From Eledone cirrhosa (Eukaryota), in NCBI GenBank assembly GCA_964016885.1, contig OZ024749.1, forward strand, positions 32,302,001 through 32,366,000: 64,000 bases of DNA. The letters are read 5' to 3'. Position 1 is the stretch's first letter, and every line of letters begins with the position of its first letter. Below are positions 28,243 through 42,645 of the stretch, in pieces. The translations under genes were made by a program, and so were the position numbers. The notes under the pieces are model-generated. The model ran no database searches and was not told the origin of the DNA. It saw nothing but the letters and a program-made list of their open reading frames with translations.

Positions 28243-29107
28243 ATAAATTTACACAGGTGTGTAGGATTGTGTATAGAAGATTATATTAATAAAAGGAATT
28301 CCAACTTCGTCTGATTTACTCGTTTTATTTACAATCCTTTAAAATTATAATGCTATTATAATGAAATACTATGGTAGAATATTAAATGTTAAATGTTAAA
28401 TATATATATATGTTAAATATATATATATAATGGAGGCACATGGCTTAGTGGCTAGAGCATTGGCCTTGCAATCAAAAGGTTGTGAGTTCAATTCTCAGAC
28501 CGGGTGATGTGTTGTTTCCTTGAGCAAGACACTTTTTCACATTGCTCTAGTTTACTCAGCTGTAGAAATGAGATGGTAGGGACCCCATTCCACTGCAAAG
28601 TGGTCGTGGAGGTGCCACGGCAAAAAAGCACCCAGCACTCACTGTAAATGAGGTTGGTGTTAGGAAGGGGAAGGGCATAAAGCTGTAGAAATCAAGCCAA
28701 ATCAGTTCCTGTATGAGCAAGGCATGGTCAGCCGACCAGACACTGCCCACAACAGGACAACCCGTCTAACCCATGCTAGCATGGAAGAACGGACGTAAAA
28801 ACGGTGATGATGATGATGATATATATGAAAATATTCAGGATCCCGACAGCTAGATCTGAACAGTTTGGATTTAGCTGTCGAAACGACTAGTGCTCAGCTG
28901 TCGGGGTTCTGAATAGTTTCATACTACCCACTCTACTACCCCAAGTATTGAGTATTCTGGTGGGTTATTGTCCACCTGGTATCTTACCACACCCTATCTA
29001 ATATATATATATATAGACTGTAAAGGTGTCATGACAAAAAGCACCCAGCAGTATTCTCTACACCATGTAGATTCTGTCCAATGAAGGCAAACATTTATTT
29101 CTCTTGC

Positions 29108-29495
29108 ATACTGTACTGTTCTGTACTATACTGAACTGTTCTGTACTATACTATACTATACTATACTATACTATACTATAGTGTACTGTTCTGTGCTATA
29201 CTGTACTATACTATTCTGTACTATTCTATACTATACTATACTGTAATGTACTTTGCTGTTCTGTACTGTACTGTTCTGTACTATACTGTACTATACTGTA
29301 CTATACTATTCTATACTGTACTATACTGTACTGTTCTGTACTATAGTGCACTATACTATACTATTCTATACTATTCTGTTCAGTGTACTATACTATACTA
29401 TACTATACTATACTATACTATACTATACTATACTATACTATACTATACTATACTATACTATACTATACTATACTATACTATACTATACTATAGTG
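29108..29495. repeat. (TATAC)n/(TGTAC)n pentanucleotide microsatellite
   Basis: Seen directly. Confidence 0.95.
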
Positions 29496-29567
29496 TACAT
29501 AGCGCCATCCTGATGTCTTATTTCTGTTTTATAACTATTCACGTAATTTCTCATATTGCCATTTCAG

Positions 29568-29604
29568 ATGTACCCCAAGTCAATAAAACGAAAAACAGAA
29601 GAAG

Positions 29605-29637
<33 letters not shown>

Positions 29638-29723
29638 TGCAAGGGGTTTGTTGCAATAGACTGCAACCTTTTCTCTCTATCTTGAAGATGAGCAACACAA
29701 AACTGACTTCTCTCAAATGTTAG
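29568..29723 (+). CDS. Candidate terminal exon (MYPKSIKRKTEEEKERKKERKKD...LKC*) of ATP11-like gene
   Basis: ATTTCAG acceptor, open in phase 0 to TAG, followed by UTR-like sequence with AATAAA near 30529. No recognisable homology. Confidence 0.3.
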
Positions 29724-30769
29724 CAACATCAGCTGGTTATCTTTGAAGAAAGCTGACATCAGCAACTAATAACTCTCCAAGATTAGCAACAGCAGCTAAT
29801 CAACTTTGGAGATAGAGAATTTAGCAACACTGGCTGTCAACCAAGAAATGTTAGCAACACCTGCTGTTAAGCAAGAAATGGTAGCAACACTGGCTAATCA
29901 GTTTTTTTTAAGATTAACAACAGCAGCTAAAAGACCACAAAGATTAGCAACACCAATTAACCATCTTCAAGGATTAGTAACACCAGCTAAATTCCCAATG
30001 TGATGAATAACTCCGGCTAATCATTTTCAAAAATTAGCAACACCAGTTAATAAGCCATAAATATGAGCAACATCAACTAGTAATGTATAAAAAAAAGATT
30101 AGCAACACCAAGTGAAACCCACTGAGATAAGCAAAGCCAGCTACTCATCTTCAGATGTTAGCAACACCAATCTGATACCACACAGAGGTTAGCAACTCCT
30201 CGCAAAGGTTAGCAACATCAGGCTGATGGCACTTGGAGGCTGGCAACACCTACCCATAGTTCACAGAGGTTAGCAACACCAGGCTGATAGCACTTCAGAG
30301 GTTAGCAAAACCTCACAGACGTTAGCAACATCAGTTAATCATTTTCAAAGTTTAACAAAACTGGTTACAAAAACAACAAAAATATCATCAGAAATTATTT
30401 TATATATTTTACAATTTTTAATCATTTTTTTCACATGGATTCGCTAACAAAACGACCAAAGTTAAATTTTCAAAATGCTCTGTTTATTGCAGATGAATCT
30501 AAGATTCCACATCACTTTATATATATATAATAAATACACATACACACAATTGTTTATTACACTAACCCATCACTGATACAGATTGCTGAATGCATGTGTT
30601 TCAATGTTGTCAATTTGGTCTGGTCATTTTGGAATGATTGTATTAACTTCCCTTATAAAAAAGGGGGGCATAAGAAATAGGTATGCAGAAAGGAATGTGT
30701 AAAGGTGTAATTTATTGTCCAAGTTGGTCTGTGTAGCAAAAAAAACAGGTAAAGGGAGCTAACTTATGT

Positions 30770-31195
30770 CACTTAATAGAGAAAGAGATAGAAAGTTTTT
30801 TTGAAAAACTATGTATGCTATGAGTTAATACAGAAAGAAGTGTATAAGAAGGAGTGTAAGAACAAAAGGGATAAAAGAGATGTTTCCAGTTTTTTAGGAT
30901 ATACTTGGACATGTGTGGGCAGCAGTTAAAAAATCTGCCCTTATGTTCAGAGAGTTGTTGGTGTTGTGCATGCTTTTTAAAAATGTTCCATATTTTGCAC
31001 TGCACAAATTACACAACTTCAATCCATTTGAATAGGGCGTATATCTATATAGAATTCACCATTTAATGAAGAAATCTGTGCTGCTATCTTTTAAGGCCCA
31101 TATATATAGTTTGCAAATGTCATGGTGGTTCTGTTTTCTAAGTGCCTGAAAGTTGTTTCATGACTCAGGAAACAATTTTTGAAACAACCCTTTGA
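30770..31195 (-). mobile_element. Degenerate PLE GIY-YIG fragment
   Basis: Frameshifted pieces FKNCFLSHETTFRH, CNLC and FNCCPH align by eye to the 43.1-kb PLE. Confidence 0.65.
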
Positions 31196-31245
31196 TATAT
31201 GTATGTGTGTGTGAGTAATGTGTGTCTGTATATATGTATATGTAG

Positions 31246-31294
<49 letters not shown>

Positions 31295-31417
31295 GGAGGT
31301 GAGTTTTATTGTAGTACAATAAAGCAATGCAGATATCGGATAAGAAGCACTCTACAGTTTGTAGGACTGGAGTATACATAATATAAGATCAAAAGATGGT
31401 TAAAGGAGTTCCATGTA

Positions 31418-31484
31418 TTTTATTATGCGCATTTCAAAAACAAACATCATCATGCAATAATATTTGTGTTTTCATCAGATAAAA
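31418..31484 (-). ncRNA. Type I hammerhead ribozyme, stem III TGCGCA (left arm of perfect palindrome)
   Basis: Exact reverse complement of 31607-31673. Confidence 0.82.
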
Positions 31485-31606
31485 CAGGAGAACATGATAT
31501 GAAGGCTAAAAAACACTTGTGGATAGTGCAGTTTTAAATCAACATATGTTGATTTAAAACTGCACTATCCACAAGTGTTTTTTAGCCTTCATATCATGTT
31601 CTCCTG

Positions 31607-31673
31607 TTTTATCTGATGAAAACACAAATATTATTGCATGATGATGTTTGTTTTTGAAATGCGCATAATAAAA
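31607..31673 (+). ncRNA. Type I hammerhead ribozyme, stem III TGCGCA (right arm of perfect palindrome)
   Basis: TTTTAT-CTGATGA-AAACACAAATAT...ATGTTTGTTTTT-GAAA-TGCGCA-TA-ATAAAA. Confidence 0.85.
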
Positions 31674-31705
31674 TACATGGAACTCCTTTAACCATCTTTT
31701 GATCT

Positions 31706-31758
<53 letters not shown>

Positions 31759-31852
31759 ATGTCTGTGTCTATAAGTGTATATATATTTATATATATTTAT
31801 AATGTGTGTGTCTATAAGTGTACACTTATAGATACAGACATGTGTGTGTGTG

Positions 31853-31884
<32 letters not shown>

Positions 31885-32026
31885 CATCTTAATGTTATGA
31901 GTTCAATTCCCTGCGACATATTGTCCTTAAGCAAGACAATTAATTTCACATTGCTCCAAACCACTCAATATATATATATATTGTTTTATTATATTCTACA
32001 CACACACACACACATACATACATACA

Positions 32027-32112
<86 letters not shown>

Positions 32113-32459
32113 GAGTGTATCTCTGCGTGTAGGTTTGTATAAACCTATGTGTAAGCATTTCACCATATTCATCATCATCATCATCTGCTACATAAATAAA
32201 CAATCAGAAATAAATATCACATGTCATACTGAACTGAATCAATGGAAAGAAGAAGGAGATAGGGAAATGAATGTCTAATGATGGGCTGCTGAAGATTTTA
32301 TTAAATAAAACAACCCAACTAAGTGTTTGGAGATACATTTACACATTTAGAAACTGAATATAAACATAATGAAATATATATTATGTATGTTATACATTTA
32401 TATACATATCATTGTCATCATATATATATATATACATATATGTATATATATGTATATAT

Positions 32460-32530
<71 letters not shown>

Positions 32531-33093
32531 TTGGATACCATCAGGGTTGCAGGTGTTATATCAGAGTTTTCCTTCTCCTAGAATTCTGCCTTGACAAAGG
32601 CTAAGGGGTCATCTCTCCCGGTGATTTTGGATGGCCATTGACTCTTAAGAGCTCCTTTGCCCTTTGATGTTGACTTGTTCTTCTTTTTGGTACATATCAT
32701 CTTGGTTAAGAGAGTGTGACTGGCTTTGTGCAGTGCCTCTGCTCACTATAAAAGCTTCACGGCACAGGCATTGCTTTATATCTGGAGATCTCTCTGCGCT
32801 TGTCGTCGGGTGGTGCCATGGGCCCGGCACTGTGTGTCGGTGGTTGTCAGAAGTGTGGTGTTTGTGCCAGAGTTTTCAAGTCGCTGGCTGGACTAGGGGT
32901 TCACACTCGTTCAGCGCATCTGTAGGGGTTCTCCTACATGGATATAAAGTAGTGGCCCTACTCGAAAACGAGTTGGCAGCCAACAACATATATATATATA
33001 TATGTATATGTATGTATGATATATAAATGTATATATATATATATATATATACGATATTAAATAAATGGAAACTATATTTATAAAACCATATTT

Positions 33094-33157
33094 ATTTCAT
33101 TATATATATTTCAGGGATATCATATTAACAATATGCTATGCCTTCCTCAGACAAAAT
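33094..33157 (-). ncRNA. Type I hammerhead ribozyme, stem III TATATA
   Basis: ATTTTGT-CTGAGGA-AGGCATAGCATATT(GTT)AATATGATATCCCT-GAAA-TATATA-TA-ATGAAAT. Confidence 0.82.
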
Positions 33158-33277
33158 ACAATATAAACAGTTTTATAGATAAATAGATTTGACATACCGT
33201 ACAACATCGACTTGTATTTGAAAAGTTGAATTGGCAGTGAAAAAATAGTTGTAACCCAACAATTTAAATATAACTTT

Positions 33278-33326
<49 letters not shown>

Positions 33327-33762
33327 TATATATGATGATATATATGTATGTAAGTTTGTATATCTATATATATATCATATCATCATCATCATCATCATTA
33401 TTTCACGTCCACTTTTCTCTGCTTGCAAGGGTGGGACGGGAACTGATTCTGGCTTGATTTCTACAGCTGGATGCCCTTCCTAACACCAACCTCATTTACA
33501 GTGAGTGCTGAGTGCTTTTTTTTCTGTGGCGCCTACACGTCCACTTTACAGAGAGGGCTGGGTGATTTTTTTTGCAGTGGAATGATAGGGACCCCAGTCC
33601 TATCATCTCATTTCTACAGCTGAGTAAACTGGAGCAATGTGAAAAAAAGTTTCTTGCTCAAGGAAACAACATATATATATATATGTATATAAATACATAA
33701 TCGGAGAAAGTTAATAGCGATACTCCGGCCTTATATATATATATATGTATATATATATAATA

Positions 33763-33831
<69 letters not shown>

Positions 33832-34012
33832 TATAAATTATGTCCTTAGAATCATTTGATAATATATATACACAATTTCCTCTCCCAACCACACAAAAAA
33901 AAACAATTAAACCAGGCTATAAGATTAAAATGCACCTGTGAAGAAATAATAGATAAATAAACGATAGCCATTTATTCGCGATCAACAGCCATAGATTATT
34001 TACCCATCATTT

Positions 34013-34048
<36 letters not shown>

Positions 34049-34098
34049 AAATGATGGATAAATAATCTATGGCTGTTGATCGCGAATAAATGGCTATC

Positions 34099-34137
<39 letters not shown>

Positions 34138-34190
34138 TACATATATATATATATATACATATATATGTATATACACATATATATATATAT

Positions 34191-34324
<134 letters not shown>

Positions 34325-34385
34325 GCTTAGTTTGGATCTACCTGCGGAAACAGTCGGAGCTCAGACGTCGGGGTTCTGACACTTT

Positions 34386-34463
<78 letters not shown>

Positions 34464-34848
34464 ATACTCAGAAATGAAATGAGAAACTGGATCTTGCAAT
34501 AGAGAAGCTATGACTTAAAATCGGTGACTCTAGACACAAAATATTGACTTTCAGAATATCATGTTGAATTTTATATATTTTATTTCTTTGATCATATTTG
34601 GGTGGAGGGAATGGTGGAGTGGGGGGATGGTGGGGCTCATATGTGTATTGTTTTTGTTTTTTGTTATGTGTTAAGTTTTTGTGGTGGTGTGGTGGAGGGG
34701 GGTAATTGTTACTCCAAGACCAAATGTGATATCTTATAGGTCTTATTATTAAATATATTGTACCATAACCATATGTAATATAACTATATATATTATAATG
34801 ATATATAATATCTGACTATCATGATAGACTTACATCATATATATATAT

Positions 34849-34902
<54 letters not shown>

Positions 34903-35174
34903 TTGAGTAACAACATTCTGTGATGATTATAAATACATACACATATATACACACACATGTGTGTGTATATATGTGTATGTATATTTACGCTTTTGACTTT
35001 TGTTCTGTTTATTTTTTTATTTTGTTTTCACTTGTGAATATATATACATATATATATCATCATCATCATCATCATTGTTTAACGTCGATCTTCTACACTA
35101 GCATGGGTTAGACAGTTTTGTTACATTTGATGCAGGATTGGTCGGGACAGCAAGACTAGCTCATACGGAACATA

Positions 35175-36107
<933 letters not shown>

Positions 36108-36139
36108 TGAGCATATAGACAATATGCCATCAAGCCAAA

Positions 36140-36378
36140 ATCAGCTCCTGTATGAGCAAGACATGGTCAGCCGACCAGAGATTGCCCACAACAGGACAAC
36201 CCGTCTAACCCATGCTAGCGTGGAAGAACGGACGTAAAATGGTGGTGATGATGATGATGATGATGATGATATATCAGTTCCCGTATGAGCAAGACATGGT
36301 CAACCGACCAGAGACTGCCCACAACAGGACAACCCGTCTAACCCATGCTAGCGTGGAAGAACGGACGTAAAACGGTGG

Positions 36379-36409
<31 letters not shown>

Positions 36410-36932
36410 ATATCAGTTCCCGTATGAGCAAGACATGGTCAACCGACCAGAGACTGCCCACAACAGGACAACCCGTCTAACCCATGCTAGCGTGGAAGAA
36501 CGGATGTAAAACGGTGGTGATGATGATGATGATGATGATGATGATATATCAGCTCCTGTATGAGCAAGACATGGTCAGCCGACCGGAGACTGCCCACAAC
36601 AGGACAACCCGTCTAACCCATGCTAGCGTGGAAGAACGGATGTAAAACGGTGGTGATGATGATGATGATGATGATGATGATATATCAGCTCCTGTATGAG
36701 CAAGACATGGTCAGCCGACCGGAGACTGCCCACAACAGGACAACCCGTCTAACCCATGCTAGCGTGGAAGAACGGATGTAAAACGGTGGTGATGATGATG
36801 ATGATGATGATGATGATATATCAGCTCCTGTATGAGCAAGACATGGTCAGCCGACCGGAGACTGCCCACAACAGGACAACCCGTCTAACCCATGCTACCG
36901 TGGAAGATACCGTGATGATGATGATGATGATA
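36140..36932 (+). repeat. Six tandem copies (about 136 bp) of the SINE 3' tail including (GAT)n
   Basis: TATGAGCAAGACATGGTCA.CCGACC...GTGGAAGAACGGA.GTAAAACGGTGG(TGA)n repeated. Confidence 0.9.
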
Positions 36933-37041
36933 TATATATATATAGTGGTAGAACACTGGAAGGTAATATCCGTAGTGGTATCCATGGGACGAATTAGGTA
37001 GAAGAGGTTACACAACAGTTAGTTCACCATACCGAGAACAA

Positions 37042-37730
37042 TTGTTTCACCTTAGCGGCTCCTCAGCTCGTAATGGACATGGTTATACGGAACAGTGTTT
37101 CACCTTAGCGGCTCCTCAGCTCGTAATGGACATGGTTATACGGAACAGTGTTTCACCTTAGCGGCTCCTCAGCTCGTAATGGACATGGTTATACGGAACA
37201 GTGTTTCACCTTAGCGGCTCCTCAGCTCGTAATGGACATGGTTATACGGAACAGTGTTTCACCTTAGCGGATCCTCAGCTCATAATGGACATGGTTATAC
37301 GGAACAGTGTTTCACCTTAGCGGCTCCTCAGCTCGTAATGGACATGGTTATACGGAACAGTGTTTCACCTTAGCGGCTCCTCAGCTCGTAATGGACATGG
37401 TTATACGGAACAGTGTTTCACCTTAGCGGATCCTCAGCTCATAATGGACATGGTTATACGGAACAGTGTTTCACCTTAGCGGCTCCTCAGCTCGTAATGG
37501 ACATGGTTATACGGAACAGTGTTTCACCTTAGCGGCTCCTCAGCTCGTAATGGACATGGTTATACGGAACAGTGTTTCACCTTAGCGGCTCCTCAGCTCG
37601 TAATGGACATGGTTATACGGAACAGTGTTTCACCTTAGCGGCTCCTCAGCTCGTAATGGACATGGTTATACGGAACAGTGTTTCACCTTAGCGGATCCTC
37701 AGCTCATAATGGACATGGTTATATGGAACA
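37042..37730 (-). repeat. 13 x 53-bp tandem array, each unit carrying a hammerhead core on the minus strand
   Basis: Unit GTGTTTCACCTTAGCGGCTCCTCAGCTCGTAATGGACATGGTTATACGGAACA. Reverse complement reads TACGAG-CTGAGGA-GCCGCTAAGGT-GAAAC-ACT-GTT-CCGTA. Confidence 0.9.
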
Positions 37731-37756
37731 GCTGTTCCATATAACCATGTCCATTA

Positions 37757-37794
37757 CGAGCTGAGGATCCGCTAAGGTGAAACAATTGTTCTCG
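37757..37794 (+). ncRNA. Minimal type I hammerhead, stem III CAATTG (inverted arm next to the array)
   Basis: CGAG-CTGAGGA-TCCGCTAAGGT-GAAAC-AATT-GTT-CTCG. Confidence 0.78.
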
Positions 37795-39574
37795 GTATGG
37801 TGAACTAACTGTTGTGTAACCACATCTATATATTTTCATTTTCATTTCATTTTACGTCCGCTTTTTCCCTGCTTGCAAGGGTGGGACGGGAACTGATTCT
37901 GGCTTGATTTCTACAGCTGGATGCCCTTCCTAACACCAACCTCATTTACAGTGAGTGCTGGGTGCTTTTTTCCGTGGCACCTCCACGTCCACTTTGCAGT
38001 GGAATGATAGGGACCCCAGTCCCTATCATCTCATTTCTACAGCTGAGTAAACTGGAGCAATGTGAAATAAAGTGTCTTGCTCAAGGAAACAACACATTAC
38101 CAGGTCTGAGAATTGAACTCACAACCTTTCGATTGCAAGGCTAATGCTCTAACCACTAAGCCATATATATATTTAACTGCCATGTGTGCTCTGGTATATT
38201 CTGGCATTCTAAGTTCAAATTCTGATGGATCAGTTGAAATATATAGAGAATTTTGTCAATCTCATATCTCCATTATCAATCATTAAATCCTATATTTTCT
38301 ATTGAACCATAGATCTAAATCATGTATAAGATGTTTATGTTAATGATCTGTTAATAATAATTGTTTCTACATTTGGCACAAGGCCAACAGTTATCCAGTA
38401 CATTACTGGTACTTTATTTTATTGACCCCATAAGGATGGTTGGCAAAGTTAACCTCGGCGGGATTTGAACTCAGTTCGTAAAGGGACGTAACTGTGCTGC
38501 AAAGCATGGCATCTGACCCTCTACTGATACTGCCAATCCACCATCTATTAATAATAATTGTTTCTACTTTTGACACAAGGCCAGCAATTACCCAGTGTAT
38601 TACTGGTACTTTATTTTATCGGCCCCATAAGGATGAAAGGCAAAATTATTTCTGATTGAGGCACATGGCCAGAAATTTGTGGGTCAGAATAGTCAATTAC
38701 ATCAAGCCCAGTACGTGACTGGTACATTGTTTTATCAGCCCCAGGAGAGTAAAGGACAAAGTTGACCTTTGTGAAATTTGAACTCAGAATATAAAGATCC
38801 AAAATAAATACCACAAAGCATTTTCTCGGATGCTCTATCAATTCTGGCAATACACTAGTTTGTTAATAAAAATTGTTTCTACTTTTGGCACAAAGACAGC
38901 AATTACCCCAGTGTATTACTGGTGCTTTAATTTATCAAGCCCGTAAGGATGAAAGACAAAGTTAACCTCGACAAGATTTGAACTCAGAACGTAAAGGGCC
39001 ATACCACTATGCTGCAAAGCATGGTGTCTGATGCTCTACCAATACTACCAAGTCACTGCCAGTTTGTAAATGATAATAATAACAATAATAATAATTACAA
39101 AGACCAATATTTGATGAGGGCTCAATAAAGATTGTATATCATCATCATCATCATTTCATTTTACGTCCGCTGTTTCCCTGCTTGCAAGGGTGGGACGGGA
39201 ACTGATTCTGGCTTGATTTCTACAGCTGGATGCCCTTCCTAACACCAACCTCATTTACAGTGAGTGCTGGGTGCTTTTTTTGCCGTGGCACCTCCATGAC
39301 CACTTTGCAGTGGAATGATAGGGACCCCAGTCCCTATCATCTCATTTCTACAGCTGAGTAAACTGGAGCAATGTGAAATAAAGTGTCTTGCTCAAGGAAA
39401 CAACACATCACCTGGTCTGAGAATTGAACTCACTTACCATTAAGACATGTGCCTCCATATATATATATATAATAAAAAAGTATATATAAACCCATAGAGC
39501 CAATATCTATTATTAGAGTAAAAGCAGTGGCACTTTGATAAAACTTTAAACTGTACTAATAATAAATGTATGTA

Positions 39575-39618
<44 letters not shown>

Positions 39619-39654
39619 ATCAAGATCAAAAGATGGTTAAAAGAGTCCCATGTA

Positions 39655-39720
39655 TTTTATTATGTGCATTTCAAAAACAAACATCATCATGCAATAACAT
39701 TTGTGTTTTCATCAGATAGA
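39655..39720 (-). ncRNA. Hammerhead of the TGCGCA family (loop mutated to TGCACA)
   Basis: Homologous to 31418-31484, core intact. Confidence 0.7.
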
Positions 39721-39992
39721 ATAGGAAGATATGATATGAAGGTTAAAAAACACTTGTGAGTAGTGCAGATTTAAATCAACATACATATATATATACACTA
39801 TGATAAGGTATCAATACATATTTAATATGTAGGATGATCCTGTTTCTCAATAAATATACTCAAAGGACCTTGGTTCAGAGCATCAATAATTCAATTATAT
39901 ATGTAGAGAAAGTCATATATCGTTTGAGAGATACATACCATTTTTGTGCATATACATGTATAACTATATGTATATAAATATATTTATATAAC

Positions 39993-40026
<34 letters not shown>

Positions 40027-40054
40027 ACTATATGTATATATATATATAACTATA

Positions 40055-42556
40055 GTAATAATAATAAAATTGAAGACTAAAATCCAAAGAGGGCTCGATA
40101 AGGAAAATATATATCAAATATATAAGAACCGTAGAGTAAATATTTATTAAAATAACAGAATCGCTGTTTTCACCCTTAACGGGATCTTCTGAAACTAACA
40201 AAGTCAATCTGTAAACGCAGAACTGGATATTTCAAAAAACGTTGCAACCGGAGGAAGACAGGAAGACGATACTTTGGTTCGTGGTAACGTTCGCTGGCAA
40301 AGAACGGGGAAAAAACGAATAATACGTCATTAATAGGAGCGGTGAAAAACAATTACGCGCAAAGACAAAACCACGTTTATGGTATAAAAGAGGTCGTAGA
40401 CTAATGTTCTCTTAGGTGGTGCATAGAGACGTTCTCTTTCAATGAACGAAGAAACGAAGATAATAAGTCATATGTGGAGCGTGGAGAACAATAGCACGCA
40501 AAGACAAAACCACGTAAATGGTATAGCAGAAATCGTAGACTAAAATTCTAACTAGGAGACCAAATGAATCTCCGCTACAGAGTTAAGAACAAAGTAAATA
40601 AATACAATACAGAAGTAATAGAAACAAATAAATACTTTAAAGGCTTCAACCTCTCTATACAGGTTGAGGCCAATCTCTCGGTCGTTAATTACCTCGACGT
40701 TACCCTCAATTTATTGAATGGGTTGTATTACCCGTATAGAAAGCCGAATGATACGCTTAATTACATAAGTAAGCATTCCAACCATCCTGCCAGCATAACC
40801 AAGAACCTGGTAAGAAACGTTTCGTTGAGGCTTTCCCGTCTTTCCACCAGCGAGCGCATTTTCAACGACCATTCCACTTATTACAATGAAGCTCTTGCTC
40901 GAAGTGGATTTGTCGATAAGGTAGCATATACAGAGTACGAAAATAGACCTAGAAGAAATAGATCCCGTCGCATTTGTTGGTTTAACCCACCATATAATAT
41001 GGAGGTGGCCACACCATTAGCTAAGATCTTTCTTTCCCTTATTACGAAGCATTTTCCCCCTACACATAAATATAGTAAAATTTTTAATAGAAATACTATT
41101 AAAATTTCTTACTCTACGACTCCTAACCTTGCACATAACATCACAGCTTCAAATTTAGCTAAACTACCTAGCCGTAGGAACACGTGCAACCCTGTAGTTA
41201 GTACTAACTGTAATTGTAGGAATCGGGCTGATTGCCCCCTATCCGGGAAATGCCTCTCTAGTAACATTGTCTACAAATGTAAGGTTGTAACACCCACGTC
41301 CCGTAGGGCCTATATAGGGTTAACCGCCAATAGTTTCAAGCAGCGTCTTTACATGCATACCCATTCTTTTCGTTACCCTCTAAGAAGGAATATGACGTCA
41401 CTTTCAGCTTATATCTGGAGTCTAAAAGACAACCACACCCAATATAAGTTACACTGGGAGATCCTAGCTAGGGCTAGATCGTATAACGGAAATAAAAGAC
41501 CATGTGACCTCTGCGCCGCTGAGGCCCTGGAAATACTCTAAGCTACAGACGACATCTTAAACAAAAAATCTGAGGCAATTTCGGCTTGTAAACATAAATT
41601 GCACAAAACTTTCCTGTATTACAGCCCCACGTTATACCCTAACGGATATCACGATCTATACGTCGTTATTTTACGTCTTGGTGTGGGAGCTAAGTATATG
41701 TTTTGTTTATTCCTTTACTTATTTGCATAGGTAAGTATATATTACCCGTATGTTTTGTGAAGGTATGTATACCTTCTCGTACGTATATTTGACTGTTATA
41801 GCGTATAATTTTTACATATTCTGGTATTTAGGGTTTGGCTATGTGTATACGGGAGTTTTGCGTTCGCGTGAGTGTGGAGGTTCGTACGTATGGTGGGTGT
41901 GTGTATATGTGTACTTCATGTTTTGGTTGACTTACGTCTCCGAACATTCGTGTATTTATATGTAGGTATGCGTGTGCGCTTGTTATATACGTATTTATTT
42001 ACTTATATACGTTTATATAATTATTTATTTATGTGTACACAAGCATACACACACATATTTATATGTGCGTGGTTTTGTATACCCATGGTAAGGTTTTGCG
42101 TATGCTTGTGTATGTACGTATCTGTTTTCGTGTATGTTTCTATTACTTCTGTATTGTATTTATTTACTTTGTTCTTAACTCTGTAGCGGAGATTCATTTG
42201 GTCTCCTAGTTAGAATTTTAGTCTACGATTTCTGCTATACCATTTACGTGGTTTTGTCTTTGCGTGCTATTGTTCTCTACGCTCCACATATGACTTATTA
42301 TCTTCGTTTCTTCGTTCATTGCCAGAGAACGTCTCTATGCACCACCTATGAGAACATTAGTCTACGACCTCTTTTATACCATAAACGTGGTTTTGTCTTT
42401 GCGCGTAATTGTTTTTCACCGCTCCTATTAATGACGTATTATTCGTTTTTTCCCGTTCTTTGCCAGCGAACGTTACCACGAACCAAAGTATCGTCTTCCT
42501 GTCTTCCTCCGGTTGCAACGTTTTTTTAAATATCCAGTTCTGCGTTTACAGATTGA
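40055..42556 (+). mobile_element. 5'-truncated Penelope-like retroelement with inverted pseudo-LTR copy
   Basis: About 422-bp inverted repeats 40204-40626 / 42135-42556 flank an RT-thumb plus GIY-YIG ORF; inserted in (TA)n. Confidence 0.9.
40627..41730 (+). pseudogene. PLE ORF fragment: RT C-terminus (YLDVTL, YRKP, SNHP, WFNPPY), CxC-x5-CPLxGxC linker, GIY-YIG endonuclease
   Basis: IVYKC...YIGLT...FKQRLYMH. Premature TAA at 41539, then the frame continues into LNKKSEAISACKH. Confidence 0.9.
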
Positions 42557-42594
42557 ATATATATAACTATATGTATATTATATATATATATAAC

Positions 42595-42645
<51 letters not shown>

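Noticed and set aside
29806-30003. ORF with repeated LATPA motif
   Set aside because: Comes from a diverged TTAGCAACACC repeat (29690-30330) with stops in neighbouring units; more likely UTR or intergenic.
37042-37730. CRISPR-like appearance of regular repeats (also 24833-25958 and 36140-36932)
   Set aside because: No unique spacers, no cas genes, eukaryotic context.
40564-40626. ATG start of the 325-aa PLE ORF
   Set aside because: It lies in the inverted pLTR copy and is a chance in-frame fusion; the true coding remnant starts near 40627.
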